Position numbers and translations under genes: made by a program. A DNA stretch of 64,000 nt from Octopus vulgaris (taxonomy: Eukaryota): positions 46,438,001 through 46,502,000 of the forward strand of contig OX597819.1 of NCBI GenBank assembly GCA_951406725.2. Direction: 5' to 3'. The notes beneath the pieces are model-generated. The model ran no database searches, had not been told where the DNA came from, and saw only the letters and a program-made list of their open reading frames with translations. Each line of letters begins with the position of its first letter. The first letter of the stretch is position 1. This document shows positions 1-11,395 of this stretch, piece by piece.

Positions 1-66
1 ATGGATGCGTGGTGTTCAATCATAATAATATAAATTATATACATACATATATGTACATACTTACAT

Positions 67-108
<42 letters not shown>

Positions 109-252
109 TATATAGATATATATATATATATATATATATGCATAATTGGGTACATGATGTCATAAAATGTAAGCAACATGAAATACGAAAGCAAATTTGA
201 GTATGCGAGCAACTAGAGAAATTTTTGGAAAACCAGTAAGTAACAAATTTAA

Positions 253-303
253 TTTGCCAAAATATTTTCGTCGCTTTGAGACCGCGACCTGATCACTGAC
301 AAA
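253..303 (-). ncRNA. Minimal type-I hammerhead-like motif with G3-C8 core variant
   Basis: Minus strand: stem I UUUGUCA/UGGCAAA, core GUGAUCA + extra G, stem II GUCGC/GCGAC, GAA, palindromic stem III AAUAUU, H17=U. Confidence 0.6.
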
Positions 304-321
304 ATTCCGTGCTGCATCTCT

Positions 322-373
322 TTTGACAGTGATCAGGTCGCGGACTCAAAGTGAAGAAAAATATTTTGACAAA
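322..373 (+). ncRNA. Decayed second copy of the G3-C8 hammerhead-like motif
   Basis: TTTGACA-GTGATCA-G-GTCGC...GTGAA-GAAA-AATATTT-TGACAAA; stems I and II carry mismatches. Confidence 0.45.
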
Positions 374-458
374 TTAAATTTAAATGTTGAAGTCAATCTA
401 ACGGTTTTTGTGTGTGTTCTTTAAATGTCTTATAAACACTTTCCACGCTGCAATTGTT

Positions 459-870
<412 letters not shown>

Positions 871-1519
871 GGGCGTTTGTGTGTGTTGGTGGGGATCCAC
901 ATTGACTCCGTCTACAAAATTCATTCATAACGAGAATAGTAAAATATACTTGCCCGAAACCATGCGATTGTAAACCGAGATTATTAGCCACACAGCCATG
1001 TCTACGCTCCAAATACAAAGTCTCTCTTTTTTTTTAATAATTCGCTCAATTCTCTTCCCGCTCAGGTTGATTTCAACCATAGACCACGCGGATATTAAGT
1101 TTGGCCAATCTGGCCGACATCTTTCTTCAATATCTCCAATCTTGGAGGGTCATAAAGGGGTCACAGACACTTCCCCTCCACCCTCATAAAATAAACATCA
1201 TCAACAATAACAAAAACAGCAACAATAAATAACTAGAATAAATAATTATAAAAAAAAAACTATGTTGTTACCCATAACAATGAATATTGTTTCCAATATA
1301 GGATGATATAGCGTGGTATATTTTGGTGTGATGTATTAATACGTATTATATAGTATGTTGTGATGGTTTGTGTAGTGTTATACGAGGTAGAAAACGGGAT
1401 AAATACGTGTAAATCCCGGTTGGGTGCCAAAAGATTTCTTATTTTTTATTACGTTCAATGGATAACGTTTTAATAGATATAGTCTGCATGACTACATCGG
1501 GACTACGGACACAAACACG

Positions 1520-1589
1520 TGATTTTTTTATGTGTATATAAATCTTTGTACATATATATTTGCACACATACAAATATATGCGATTGTGC

Positions 1590-1645
<56 letters not shown>

Positions 1646-2124
1646 TTGTGTGAGTGTATTGTGTGCGTGTGCATGTGTGTGTCTGTCTTTGTGTTTGCAT
1701 GTATATGCATGTGTGTGTATGTATATATATATATATGTGTTCCTCAAAAGACATACACGTATACGTACACACTTGTGCACATACATATATATACACTCAC
1801 GAGCATTCATACAAATGCACATATACACCTATATCTTTATGTGTGTGTATGTATACGCACATATATATATACATATATATATACACACACACATATATAT
1901 ATATATACATACATACATATATATATGTATATATATATATATATGTCTGTATATATATATATGTATGTGTATATATATATATATATGTGCGTATACATGC
2001 ACACATATATAAGCACACGTATATGTATATACATAAAACATACGCATGCACGTAGACATACACATAAAGATATAGGTATATATGTGCATTTGTATGAATG
2101 CTCGTGAGTGTATATATATATATA
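1520..2124. repeat. Compound (TG)n/(TA)n/(CA)n microsatellite containing a ~60-bp inverted duplication
   Basis: 1785-1844 is the near-perfect reverse complement of 2060-2119. Confidence 0.85.
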
Positions 2125-2333
2125 GTTAATCCAAACAAGAAAACAGAGAAAAAAAAGAGAAAAAAACACAGCAACGCAGGACGTGGAACAATTAAAGTAT
2201 TATTGACGCTCAGGAAAGAAGGGAAGGAGGGTTTAACGTTTCGAGCGGAGCTCTTCGTCGGAAACAAGGAGAAGGGAAGATCCCAAGGAGGGAAGACAGA
2301 GGAGAAAATATTTGAGCTGGTGGTGCTCAAGAG

Positions 2334-2338
<5 letters not shown>
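2125..2338 (-). mobile_element. Short HHR-bearing PLE-like element (family also at 25891-26097 and, truncated, at 43412-43515)
   Basis: Shares CCTGAGCGTC-AATAATACT...TTCCACGTCCT...GATTAACT tail with the other copies; flanked by (TA)n. Confidence 0.75.
2231..2265 (-). ncRNA. Minimal hammerhead motif (U4C variant)
   Basis: GUUU-CCGACGA-A-GAGC-UCC-GCUC-GAAAC-GUU-AAAC: 4-bp stem I, 4-bp stem II, ACGU palindromic stem III. Confidence 0.7.
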
Positions 2339-2384
<46 letters not shown>

Positions 2385-2386
<2 letters not shown>

Positions 2387-2805
2387 TTCAACTCAGGCAG
2401 ACTACGATTGGTGTATCCATACACGGATTTAATAAAAGGAATTGTCTAAAATGTGTATTAATACATTCAAATTGTAGGGATATAGAAATATAAAAATACA
2501 TACGAATGTTAAAAATATGCAAGGACAAATAAATATATAGATTTATAAATGTATATATGAAAACGCGGATGAGGATAATGAATTATGGAGTCCAGGGAAT
2601 AATAAATGTTCACAAAGAGCTTTTTGTACCATACTTAAGTGAAATGAAATATTCCTACGATCGTTTCAAGGGTTCAATCCGAGAGTATAAGTGAATCTTA
2701 CGATTCACTTCGAAGGAGTGCCCTCCCCCATCATCAGGTAAAAGAGAAGAATAGTGCTTGTGCCAGAAATGTGTTTATTTGTTAAACACATTTCTAAAGA
2801 AAATT
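2385..2805 (-). mobile_element. Short HHR-bearing PLE-like element in (TA)n
   Basis: ~420-bp non-microsatellite segment bounded by TA runs and containing an intact HHR core. Confidence 0.55.
2652..2741 (-). ncRNA. Hammerhead motif with intact core and expanded stem II
   Basis: UUAC-CUGAUGA-U-GGGGG...CCCUU-GAAAC-GAUC-GUA-GGAA; internal 9-bp hairpin at 2689-2710; one stem I mismatch. Confidence 0.7.
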
Positions 2806-2954
2806 TATATATATATATTATATATGTTGGGCGCAGGCCGAGTGCTTAGAAAGTTTGCGGACGAGAGTTCCGATCCTACTGCGTAGGATCTTAGGTAGAT
2901 CTAAGACTTACATCGGTAACCAAAGTATAGATTTCCATCGGATGGCTTGCATCT

Positions 2955-3207
2955 TCTTTACGTGTTTCAGTCATCTAACCGCGGCCAACCTGGACCACCA
3001 CCTTGAAGAATTTTAAGCGATAGAATCGAATATAGTACTTATACTCTCAAGCCTGGCAATTATTGGCTCGAAATTCTTTTGCCGAACCGCTAAGTTACGG
3101 GGATCTAAACACTCCAACACCGTTGGTCTGTGTGTAGGATAAAAATAGACACAGACAGACACGTACACACACACATGCACACACATATATATGTATATAT
3201 TTATATT

Positions 3208-3238
<31 letters not shown>

Positions 3239-3398
3239 TGTGCTTTCTTTTGTCTACGAAATCCACTTATATGGCTTTGGTCAAGCCGAGGCTATAGCAG
3301 AAGAAAAAACATCTGCCCACGTTGTAACGCAGTGAAACTGAACCCAGAACCATGTGGTCGGGAACTAAGCTTCTTACCATACAGGCATACCTGCGCCT
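2955..3398 (-). mobile_element. tRNA-derived SINE (family B) with internal microsatellite
   Basis: Reverse complement matches the head and tail of the copy at 40185-40603 and the head at 12559-12725. Confidence 0.75.
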
Positions 3399-3669
3399 AT
3401 TTCTAATTCCAACAGCCTGTCTTCTTGCATATTTTGTGACACTGGTTCGGTTTGAAACCTACACCTGTATGTTCAATGTTAATTTCACAAGAAGGTACGA
3501 CTGTGAGATTAGAATGCTGCCTTTGCGACCACGAGATTTCGGCATCAGTCTCACTGCGTGGCACTACAGGCTAGTGATTCCTACTACAGCCGTGGGTCGA
3601 CGAAACTATTTTGTGGAAGCTGGTGGTGCACACACACACGCACGCACACACACACACACACACACACAT

Positions 3670-3718
<49 letters not shown>

Positions 3719-4293
3719 GACACAGACACAGACACAGACACACACGCTTACACATACATGTATAGGTATGTACGAATGTATGTGTGTACCTGTTTGTGTT
3801 TGTCATCCGCCACAATGTCATCACTTGACAACCGATGTTGGTTTGTTTACTTACCTGAAGCAATGCTTCCTCAAAAGAGACTGATATAATTGCTAGACTA
3901 AAAATATGTCCAGACGTCGATTTTTTCGACAAAAGATTCCACAGCGGTGTCTCATCATGGCTGCGGTTTAATGATTGAAACAGTTAAAACATAAAACAAT
4001 TCGAGGCTCATCGTCGAAACTGGTGGAGGATCCGTGTCAGTGTTTGCATATATACAGCTCTGCACGATCTAAAAAACAATGATAACATACATGTAAAAGT
4101 GATTAATGGATAACGACAAATACATCACAAGAATTAACACTCTATTAAATGATAAGAGCAACTTTATACGGATTAGAAAGATAACATTCTTCAATTAAAA
4201 ATTAAGCTTAACAAATTAATTACTAATGCAAATGCACAGCTGCTATCTACGGAACAATAGATGTATATGTGTATGTTTGTGTATACCCCACCG

Positions 4294-4367
<74 letters not shown>

Positions 4368-4789
4368 CATGTATACATATAGCCACACACACAGACACAC
4401 AGACACACACACACACACATATATATATGTATATATATATGTGTGTGTGTGTGTGTGTCTGTAAGTATGTATGTATATACGTATGTATATGTATAGCTAT
4501 AAATAAAATATAAACTTTTCCGTCAACAATTCCAATAAAATTCACTGGGAATTAAAATTCCTAAAGAATTAGGTAATGCTTTAAAACAATACAGAAAAAG
4601 GGATAGATGTATGTTCATTGGAAGAATGCCAAATGTTTCCACATGAAACTAATCAAGAATGCAAAATCGCTATATTGGTCGTAATAATCATTTTCACCTA
4701 TACCTCAGTGACATAATTTGGGATAACATTTAGTATTAAAAATATCAACTATAGCATCAAATACACACAGTTAAATGCATTTTCGCTGT

Positions 4790-5090
4790 ATGTAAAGTAA
4801 TTTTACGTTCAATAGATGACATAGGTATGGGTTCTCCGTTTGGACCCAAGTTTGCTGATTTCTCTATATCAATACACTAAAAAGGAGCTGTGTTCTGTTA
4901 AAGATGTACTCGGTTTAACCTACACATTAGAAGATTTTTAGAATCTAAACAGACATAGGAAATAACTGTTTCAACTCCAGAATACTTTAAATAAAAATAC
5001 AGACGATTAATAAATCGATTTTTAGGTGAAAATATAGGGATATGAGAAACTACATATATCATATATCTGTTTATACTAAAGTAGTTCATG
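4790..5090 (+). pseudogene. Degraded Penelope-like reverse transcriptase fragment
   Basis: 4812-4868 translates IDDIGMGSPFGPKFADFSI, resembling the PLE RT motif G.(P/A)MGSPL.P..AD; downstream ISVYTK; stops and frameshifts present. Confidence 0.55.
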
Positions 5091-5139
5091 CTGAAAGAAT
5101 TGTATAAAAACTCTAATGAAAAAAATGTAGTTCAAAGGC

Positions 5140-5295
5140 GAAGACTTGGCTCGGTTATAGAACGTTTGCTTCCCAACAACACAAGTTCGGATTCAGTCCA
5201 ACTGCAGGGCGCATTTGGGCAAGTGCCTTCTACTATAGCCCCGGGACAACCAAAGCCTTTTGAATGGACAGAAGCTCTGTGGAAGCCCATCCTAT
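5140..5295 (+). mobile_element. SINE family B head fragment
   Basis: TTTGCTTCCCAAC...TTCAGTCC...TTGGGCAAGTG...TTCTACTATAGCC as in other copies. Confidence 0.7.
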
Positions 5296-5307
5296 GAATA
5301 TGTGTGG

Positions 5308-5353
<46 letters not shown>

Positions 5354-5431
5354 GCACACATATAGATAAATAGATAGACAGATACATAATAAATACATAC
5401 ATACATACATACATACATGCATGCATACATA

Positions 5432-5775
5432 ATGTTAACGTAAAGCTGAAGATCAGTGAAAGAGAGAACACCTACGCTGAACTATTGAGAAATGTGCAGT
5501 TACTCTATCCAGATTACAAGTTCAGGTTTATACTTGTAATTATTGGGGCCCTAACATACGTAACACACTGCTTAAATACAATCTTGAGAAATTAATTTTC
5601 TCAAAACAAGAAAGGAGAAACCTAATTCGAAGAATAGAGATCTAATCCATCACTGGAACTGTAAAAATCTGTAAAACTTTCCAGAAGTTTATCATTTAAG
5701 TATATATGATCATGTCTAGATATGCAACTATATGCATGAGAATACAACATAAAACAAAACATTCAAATCTGCATA
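5432..5775 (+). mobile_element. Short 3' fragment of an R4/Dong-like non-LTR retrotransposon
   Basis: Paralogous to 6618-7140 (ATGTTAACGTAAAGCTGAAGATC...); bounded by (CATA)n. Confidence 0.8.
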
Positions 5776-5827
5776 CATACATACATACATACATACATAC
5801 ATACATACATACATACATACATACATA

Positions 5828-7140
5828 AGATCTGAGGCATTGATGTGAAAACCCGAAAAATACTAACAAGCACAAATAATTACCACATAAACAGAGACGT
5901 AGATCGTCTCTACCTAAAACGCAAACAAAGCGGCAGAGGCTTTACATCGAACCAAAATGCCTTTGAATGTCGTATCATATCCCTTCGGCAACATCTTTTA
6001 ACAACAAGTGTCGAGGTGCATCCCTTGACCAAGTTTGCGTACATAAAACTTCGAAGGCAGCTCCTTGAGCAACACTCTTTTCTGATAACCTACAATACAT
6101 GCCCAAAGAAGTCGCACGACTCTACCACGACATATCATCAGACATATCATCAAAGAAGTCTATCATGGAACATTAGCCGGATTACTACCTCCCATTTTGA
6201 GAGCTATGCGTTTCCAATCCAGGAAAGGAAATATCAACCAAGTACCTGATGTACAAAAGGGATAGAGATGCGGGAAAAACCGTAAAATGTGACAACCGAT
6301 GCAGACTCTGTGGAGTTCACACTGAAGATATCACCCACATCATAAGCAGTTGTCCGAAAATGTGATCAAAGTATTATCTACCGATGAGACATGACGCTAT
6401 AGCTAGGACACTCTATAATGAAATCCGTCGAGAGGATAATCCCGAGGACAAAGAAATAAAAACCTACAATATGGTAGAAGCCATAGCCACTCATAATGAA
6501 AAGGAATACTGGTACGAGTGAAGACCTCAATAAAATGCAAGCGCAACAGAGCTGAAATAATGATTTGAGATAGGGAAGAGAAACTATGCACAGTTGTGGA
6601 AATTAGTTACCAAGCGGATGTTAACGTAAAGCTGAAGATCTGTGAAAAGAGAACACCTACGCTGAACTAATGAGAAATCTGCAGTTACTTTATCCAGATT
6701 ATAATTTCAGGTTTATACCTCTAATTATCGGGGCCCTGTGATATATAACTAAGTACCAATCTTGAGAAATTAAGCTTCTCAAAACTAGAAAGGAGAAAAC
6801 TATTAGGTTGGTGTAAAATTATTGTGGCTTTTTTTCAATAAATTTAATTCAACAAAAACAATAACAACATTTAGCAAAAACATCTTTATATGATTATTCC
6901 GGGACATATTTACCATCTATTTCAATTACTGTTTGGCGTTTTGTTTAAATTTTTTGTTGAATAAAATTTATTGAAAAAGTGCCGCAATGATTATGGACCA
7001 ACCTAATAATTCGAAAACTACAAATCCAATCCATCACTGGAACTGTAAAAATCAGTAAAACTTTCCAGAAGTTTATCATTTAAATATATATGAGCATTTC
7101 TAGATATGTAATTATATGCACGAAAATACATACAAATATG
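5828..7140 (+). mobile_element. 5'-truncated R4/Dong-like non-LTR retrotransposon (RLE endonuclease type)
   Basis: DVDRLYLKRKQSGRG; zinc knuckle CRLCGVHTEDITHIISSC; MRHD; degenerate RPD...VVEIS nuclease motif; stops and frameshifts; flanked by (CATA)n. Confidence 0.85.
6803..7006. mobile_element. Mariner-derived MITE (MADE/Hsmar1-like TIRs)
   Basis: TIRs TTAGGTTGGTGTAAAATTATTGTGGC / GCCGCAATGATTATGGACCAACCTAA; TA duplication at 6801-6802 and 7007-7008; empty site visible in the paralogue near 5623. Confidence 0.9.
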
Positions 7141-7222
7141 CACATACATACATACATACATACATACATACATACATACATACATACATACATACATACA
7201 TACATAAATACATAATACAAAA

Positions 7223-7473
7223 ATAACCTGTTGTTCATGTTGAAATTCCAATGAAGGAACCTTGGATCTAGGTTAGAAACTGGTTCTTTCTATATTGGCA
7301 ATAAATCTTGAAATAAACTGAATAATGACATACATATATACAAACATACACACATACATACAAATATAACCTGTTGCTGATGTTGAAATTCCAATGAAGG
7401 AGCCTTGGATTTAGGTTAGAAACCGGTTCTTTGTCTATTGACAAGAAATCGTGAAATAAACTGAATATTGACA
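7223..7473 (+). repeat. Two tandem ~108-bp copies of a probable LINE 3' UTR end separated by (CATA)-like sequence
   Basis: 7223-7330 vs 7366-7473 align (ATAACCTGTTG...GAAATAAACTGAATA). Confidence 0.75.
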
Positions 7474-7870
7474 CACATAGACAGTAGTATAGCGATATTC
7501 TTGGCCTGATGATTAGATAAGTTGAGTACCCGTCATTGAGTAATTATTAAACCAGGGGATCAGGCAGTTAAGAAACTTATGTAGCCTGGATTTTACTTGT
7601 TACACTCGCTCAAATTAGATTTGTGTTTGTGCGTGCGTGCGTGCGTGTGTGTGTATGCGTATGTGTGTGTGTGTGTGTGTCTCATTGTGTATGTGTTTGT
7701 CCCTCATCACCGCTTGACAACCGGTGTTGGCGTGCATACGTTCCCACAACAGAGCGGGTCGGAAAAAGAATACAGTTCTATATTTAAGAGATGAGGAATC
7801 ATGTACATTATTCGCATTATCTACATTATTTACATTTGACGGATATTTGTCCTCCTCTTCTTTGCTGCTA

Positions 7871-7912
7871 ACGCAACGTTTCGGCTGATATACCCTTCAG
7901 CATTCATCAGGC
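7871..7912 (-). ncRNA. Minimal hammerhead motif (inverted arm)
   Basis: GC-CUGAUGA-AUGCUG...CAGCC-GAAAC-GUU-GCGU; stem I truncated at the inversion junction. Confidence 0.65.
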
Positions 7913-7952
7913 TATTAACCCCAAGATTCCGAGTTCGATTCCAGGCAGTGAC
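7910..7952 (+). pseudogene. tRNA-Asn-like 3' half (SINE-type head remnant)
   Basis: GGCTATTAACC-CCAAGATT-CCGA-GTTCGATT-CCAGG-CAGTGAC is colinear with the metazoan tRNA-Asn(GTT) 3' half (GGCTGTTAACC-GAAAGGTT-GGTG-GTTCGAGC-CCACC-CAGGGAC, recalled from memory); B box present. Confidence 0.55.
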
Positions 7953-7974
7953 CTAAATAATAATAATAATAATG

Positions 7975-8034
<60 letters not shown>

Positions 8035-8119
8035 TCAGACGTGTAGTCATGATGGGTATATTGGGCTTCGTATATTTTACCCCAGTGTCACTTTGATGGC
8101 ATGAACTGCTCTCTCACTC

Positions 8120-8192
<73 letters not shown>

Positions 8193-8240
8193 TCGAGAAA
8201 ATACCTTAGGAATGAGAACTTAGTTTAGAAATTTCCCCTA

Positions 8241-8286
8241 GACGCCTGATGAAGGCTGGAGGGTATATCAGCCGAAACGTTATGTT
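8241..8286 (+). ncRNA. Minimal hammerhead motif with intact core
   Basis: GACGC-CTGATGA-A-GGCTG-GAGGGTATAT-CAGCC-GAAAC-GTT-ATGTT; first stem I pair mismatched. Confidence 0.75.
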
Positions 8287-9158
8287 AACAACAAACAAGA
8301 AGAGGACAAATAGCCGACAAATGTAAATAATGTAAATAATGTCGGAAATGGAAATCGACAAAATAAGTACCAGGCTTACAGAATAAGTATTGTTGGAGGT
8401 GTCAATGCGTTTGACCAATGTTTTCCAAGGCAGTGTCAGAACATGGCCGCAGTCTAATGACTGAATCAGGTGAAAGATAAAGATAGATAATACCAACATA
8501 ACATAAGTATTAAATACTTTTGTTAGAAGCCCTCCGTAGAAAACAAAAAAATAAAAGTGAAATTCATAGAAAAGAATGTTGATAGACTGAGCTTAGCTCC
8601 AGCCTAATGGAGTGCACCACTCTTCTGTCCCTCACACTTATACAATGGGCCCGAGCCGAAACATAAGAATCGATAGATACAATAAGCAATAAATATAAAG
8701 GGAAGACATTAAAAGTTATTGGACTGAACATGGTGGATCCTGCCCTTTCATGTGGTCGGTTTTACGATGGTATTTCAAGTGTTGGAAAACTTGATGATTT
8801 CTTCAGCAGACCGCCGGAGGATAAAAGCAAGACTGGCTTATCGTGAATTTTTGGGATAGAACAAGCGATTGAGAAAATCCAGCAATAACTAGTTCTTTTG
8901 GTGAAGATAGGCAGAGATTTTATTTTATTAGTCAGTTGGTTTGTAATGTTTGTCTACTTCAAAAACTGCCCGTTGCTGCGATGTGCTACTTTGACACACT
9001 GGCCAGTCATGTAGTATACTATAACACACATATTTATGATTATCTGTTTTTTTCCCCTTTCTCTCGTTCTCTCTCGCCCCCTCTCTCTCTCTATCTCACT
9101 CTCTTTCTCTACACACACGTACATATATATATATTTATATATATATATATATATAAGA

Positions 9159-9197
<39 letters not shown>

Positions 9198-9759
9198 AAG
9201 ACATACACACAAATCCGCACACGCACGTACATACACGCACAGACATATAATTATATAATTATATATATATATATACATAATTATACACATACGTATAAGT
9301 TTATAGAATGCATATATATTCGTGTATAAGTGCTATACACACACACACACACATATACTTACACATAGACGCATGCACATACGCATCCATATATTGAAAA
9401 AATATAGACAGACAGAGAGACGGATAGACAGGCAGACAAATAGAGATAGATAGATAGACAGACAGAGATAGATAGAGAAAGAGAGAGAGAGAGAAAGAGA
9501 GAAAGAGATAGATTTAACGTGAACGAGGTAAGTCTTATCGTACTTGCGTGACTGCGTGCAAATGTGCGTGCGGGCGTGCGCACACCTATGCATGTTAACG
9601 CAGTCTTTATAGTTTCTTAATCATAGACTCAGTGGGTATCCCTCGTGTCCTAATTTCCCTTCAGATGTTTACTCTGGACTTTTCATCGATACCATCAACC
9701 AATGTTTACGTCTATATATATATATATATATAATATCAGATACTATTAGGAGGAGGAGG

Positions 9760-9812
<53 letters not shown>

Positions 9813-9988
9813 GTGAGAGGAGGAGGAGGAGGAGGAGGAGGAAACATGGTAAATAGAGAGAGAGGGGAATAAACACAGAAAGTGAGATGAAAATACGCTG
9901 TGACCAAGTAACCGTGTCCTGAAAAATTAGGAAGACAGAGGAAGAAAGCGAAAGTGAGTGACAGGGAGAGAGAGATAGAAATACAGAG

Positions 9989-10027
<39 letters not shown>

Positions 10028-10441
10028 GAAAGAGTGAGAGAGAGAGTGAGAAAGAGTGAGAGAGAGGGTGAGACTAGATGGGGAGAGAAATAATACAATT
10101 GAGAGGAAGGTATGAGAAACCTCAATGGACGAATTTCTACTTCGTATTTTTTAATTGATGTCTCTTCGTAGTATTTACCTGGATAAACTATTTTCGGCGG
10201 CAATTTAAGCTATTCTTTCATTGTGGTTAGGTTTAACAATCAAGCTACATACAGGTACACACACGCTTACGCGCGCTCACGATGTACGCACGTACACATA
10301 CATGTATATGCACACACATATACATATATATATATGTGTGATGATAGATAGATAGACAGACACACAAGCAAGCAGTACCAATGGGTTTACAAGGTTGATG
10401 GTCGCTGTATATTAGATATGTGTGTGTCTGCGTAAGTGTGT

Positions 10442-10556
<115 letters not shown>

Positions 10557-10561
10557 TATAT

Positions 10562-11025
10562 AATTCAATTTTACACGCTAAGCCACTGGTTATAGAAATT
10601 TCTAATATTTCCGATTACCCTTTCATAATATTAATTATTGATAACTTTTCTGGATAATTTTCAAAATGAAAAATCCGGCATTTTTATTTACTGCGGACAG
10701 GGAGCTGCGCTTGCGCGGTAGATTTGAAAAATTAGAATGTATAAGCACGGGGCTTATACTGGATTACCTCATGTATATATATTTAATCTAAGGTCTACCT
10801 GCTGAAGAAGGCTTCGTCTAGCAAATTATTTTATTTGCTAAAAATAGTCTGATACCATTGGTCCAGGAGTTAGATAGGAAATGTTTTCATTTTTCATTCC
10901 CCTCGATTTTTCATTCCCTTCGATTTTTATCTTTAATAGTGGTTCGGAATTTAACTGTCCTTTCTAGCGTGTAGGTAGTGCTATGATGGCTACCTCTTAT
11001 GTGTTTAAATGTACATTGTATTTAT
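10562..11025 (+). mobile_element. Short HHR-bearing PLE-like element beside a long (TA)n
   Basis: Non-microsatellite AT-rich segment between TA/CA runs containing the HHR at 10798-10867. Confidence 0.55.
10798..10867 (+). ncRNA. Hammerhead motif with single core substitution (GAAA to GAUA)
   Basis: CCTG-CTGAAGA-AGGCT...TAGCAAAT/ATTTGCTA hairpin...AGTCT-GATAC-CATTG-GTC-CAGG; stems I, II and III all pair; GUC triplet. Confidence 0.75.
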
Positions 11026-11077
11026 ACACACACACACACACTCACATATATATATATATATACATATATAAATATAT

Positions 11078-11395
11078 AAAGACCCCCTTCGGTCAGGCAC
11101 TGACCATGGGTTTGCACCTAGAGAGATACCCTCTGAGGCACAAGTCTGGGCAAGGTTGTTTTATGGAAGACCAGCAGTCGCCCATGCATACCGGCCTCCC
11201 CTCTCCACGTCTCCGATGTTGTCCAAGGGAAAGGCAAGGGCCGATACAGCTTGGCACCTGTGACGTCGCAACTCATTTCTACAGCTGAGTGAACTGGAGC
11301 AACGTGAAATAAAGTGCCTTGCTCAAGAACAAGGCACTTTATTTAACGTTGCTCCAGTTCACTCAGCTGTAGAAATGAGTTGCGACGTCACAGGT
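11078..11395 (-). mobile_element. 5'-truncated SINE (family A) with fold-back duplication
   Basis: Near-identical to the reverse complement of 29717-30051; 66-bp arms 11256-11321 / 11330-11395. Confidence 0.9.

Larger units (their letters stand above)
144..460. mobile_element. Short non-autonomous PLE-like fold-back element between (TA)n tracts
   Basis: Imperfect ~60-bp inverted arms (245-304 / 321-381), each carrying an HHR-like fold; (TA)n on both sides. Confidence 0.6.
7771..8342 (+). mobile_element. Composite element: inverted HHR tail + tRNA-Asn-like segment + (AAT)n + HHR tail, inserted in a family B SINE tail
   Basis: Inverted arms ~7815-7912 / 8244-8342 each with an HHR; the SINE tail stops at ~7770 and resumes at ~8343. 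Confidence 0.7.

Noticed and set aside
7245-7430. HHR-like look of CCAATGA...GAAAC-CG-GTT in the duplicated LINE 3' end
   Set aside because: The essential G5 is absent in both copies and no stem I forms next to the core.
8585-8815. CTGA...CCGAAAC (+) and CTGAAGA...GAAA (-) motifs
   Set aside because: Could not build stems I-III consistently; at best a very decayed relic.
10983-11288. Repeated ORF MGLHLERYPLRHKSGQGCFMEDQQ (also 29834-30016, 37125-37316)
   Set aside because: Antisense reading of SINE family A; conservation reflects repeat identity, and the frame breaks in diverged copies.
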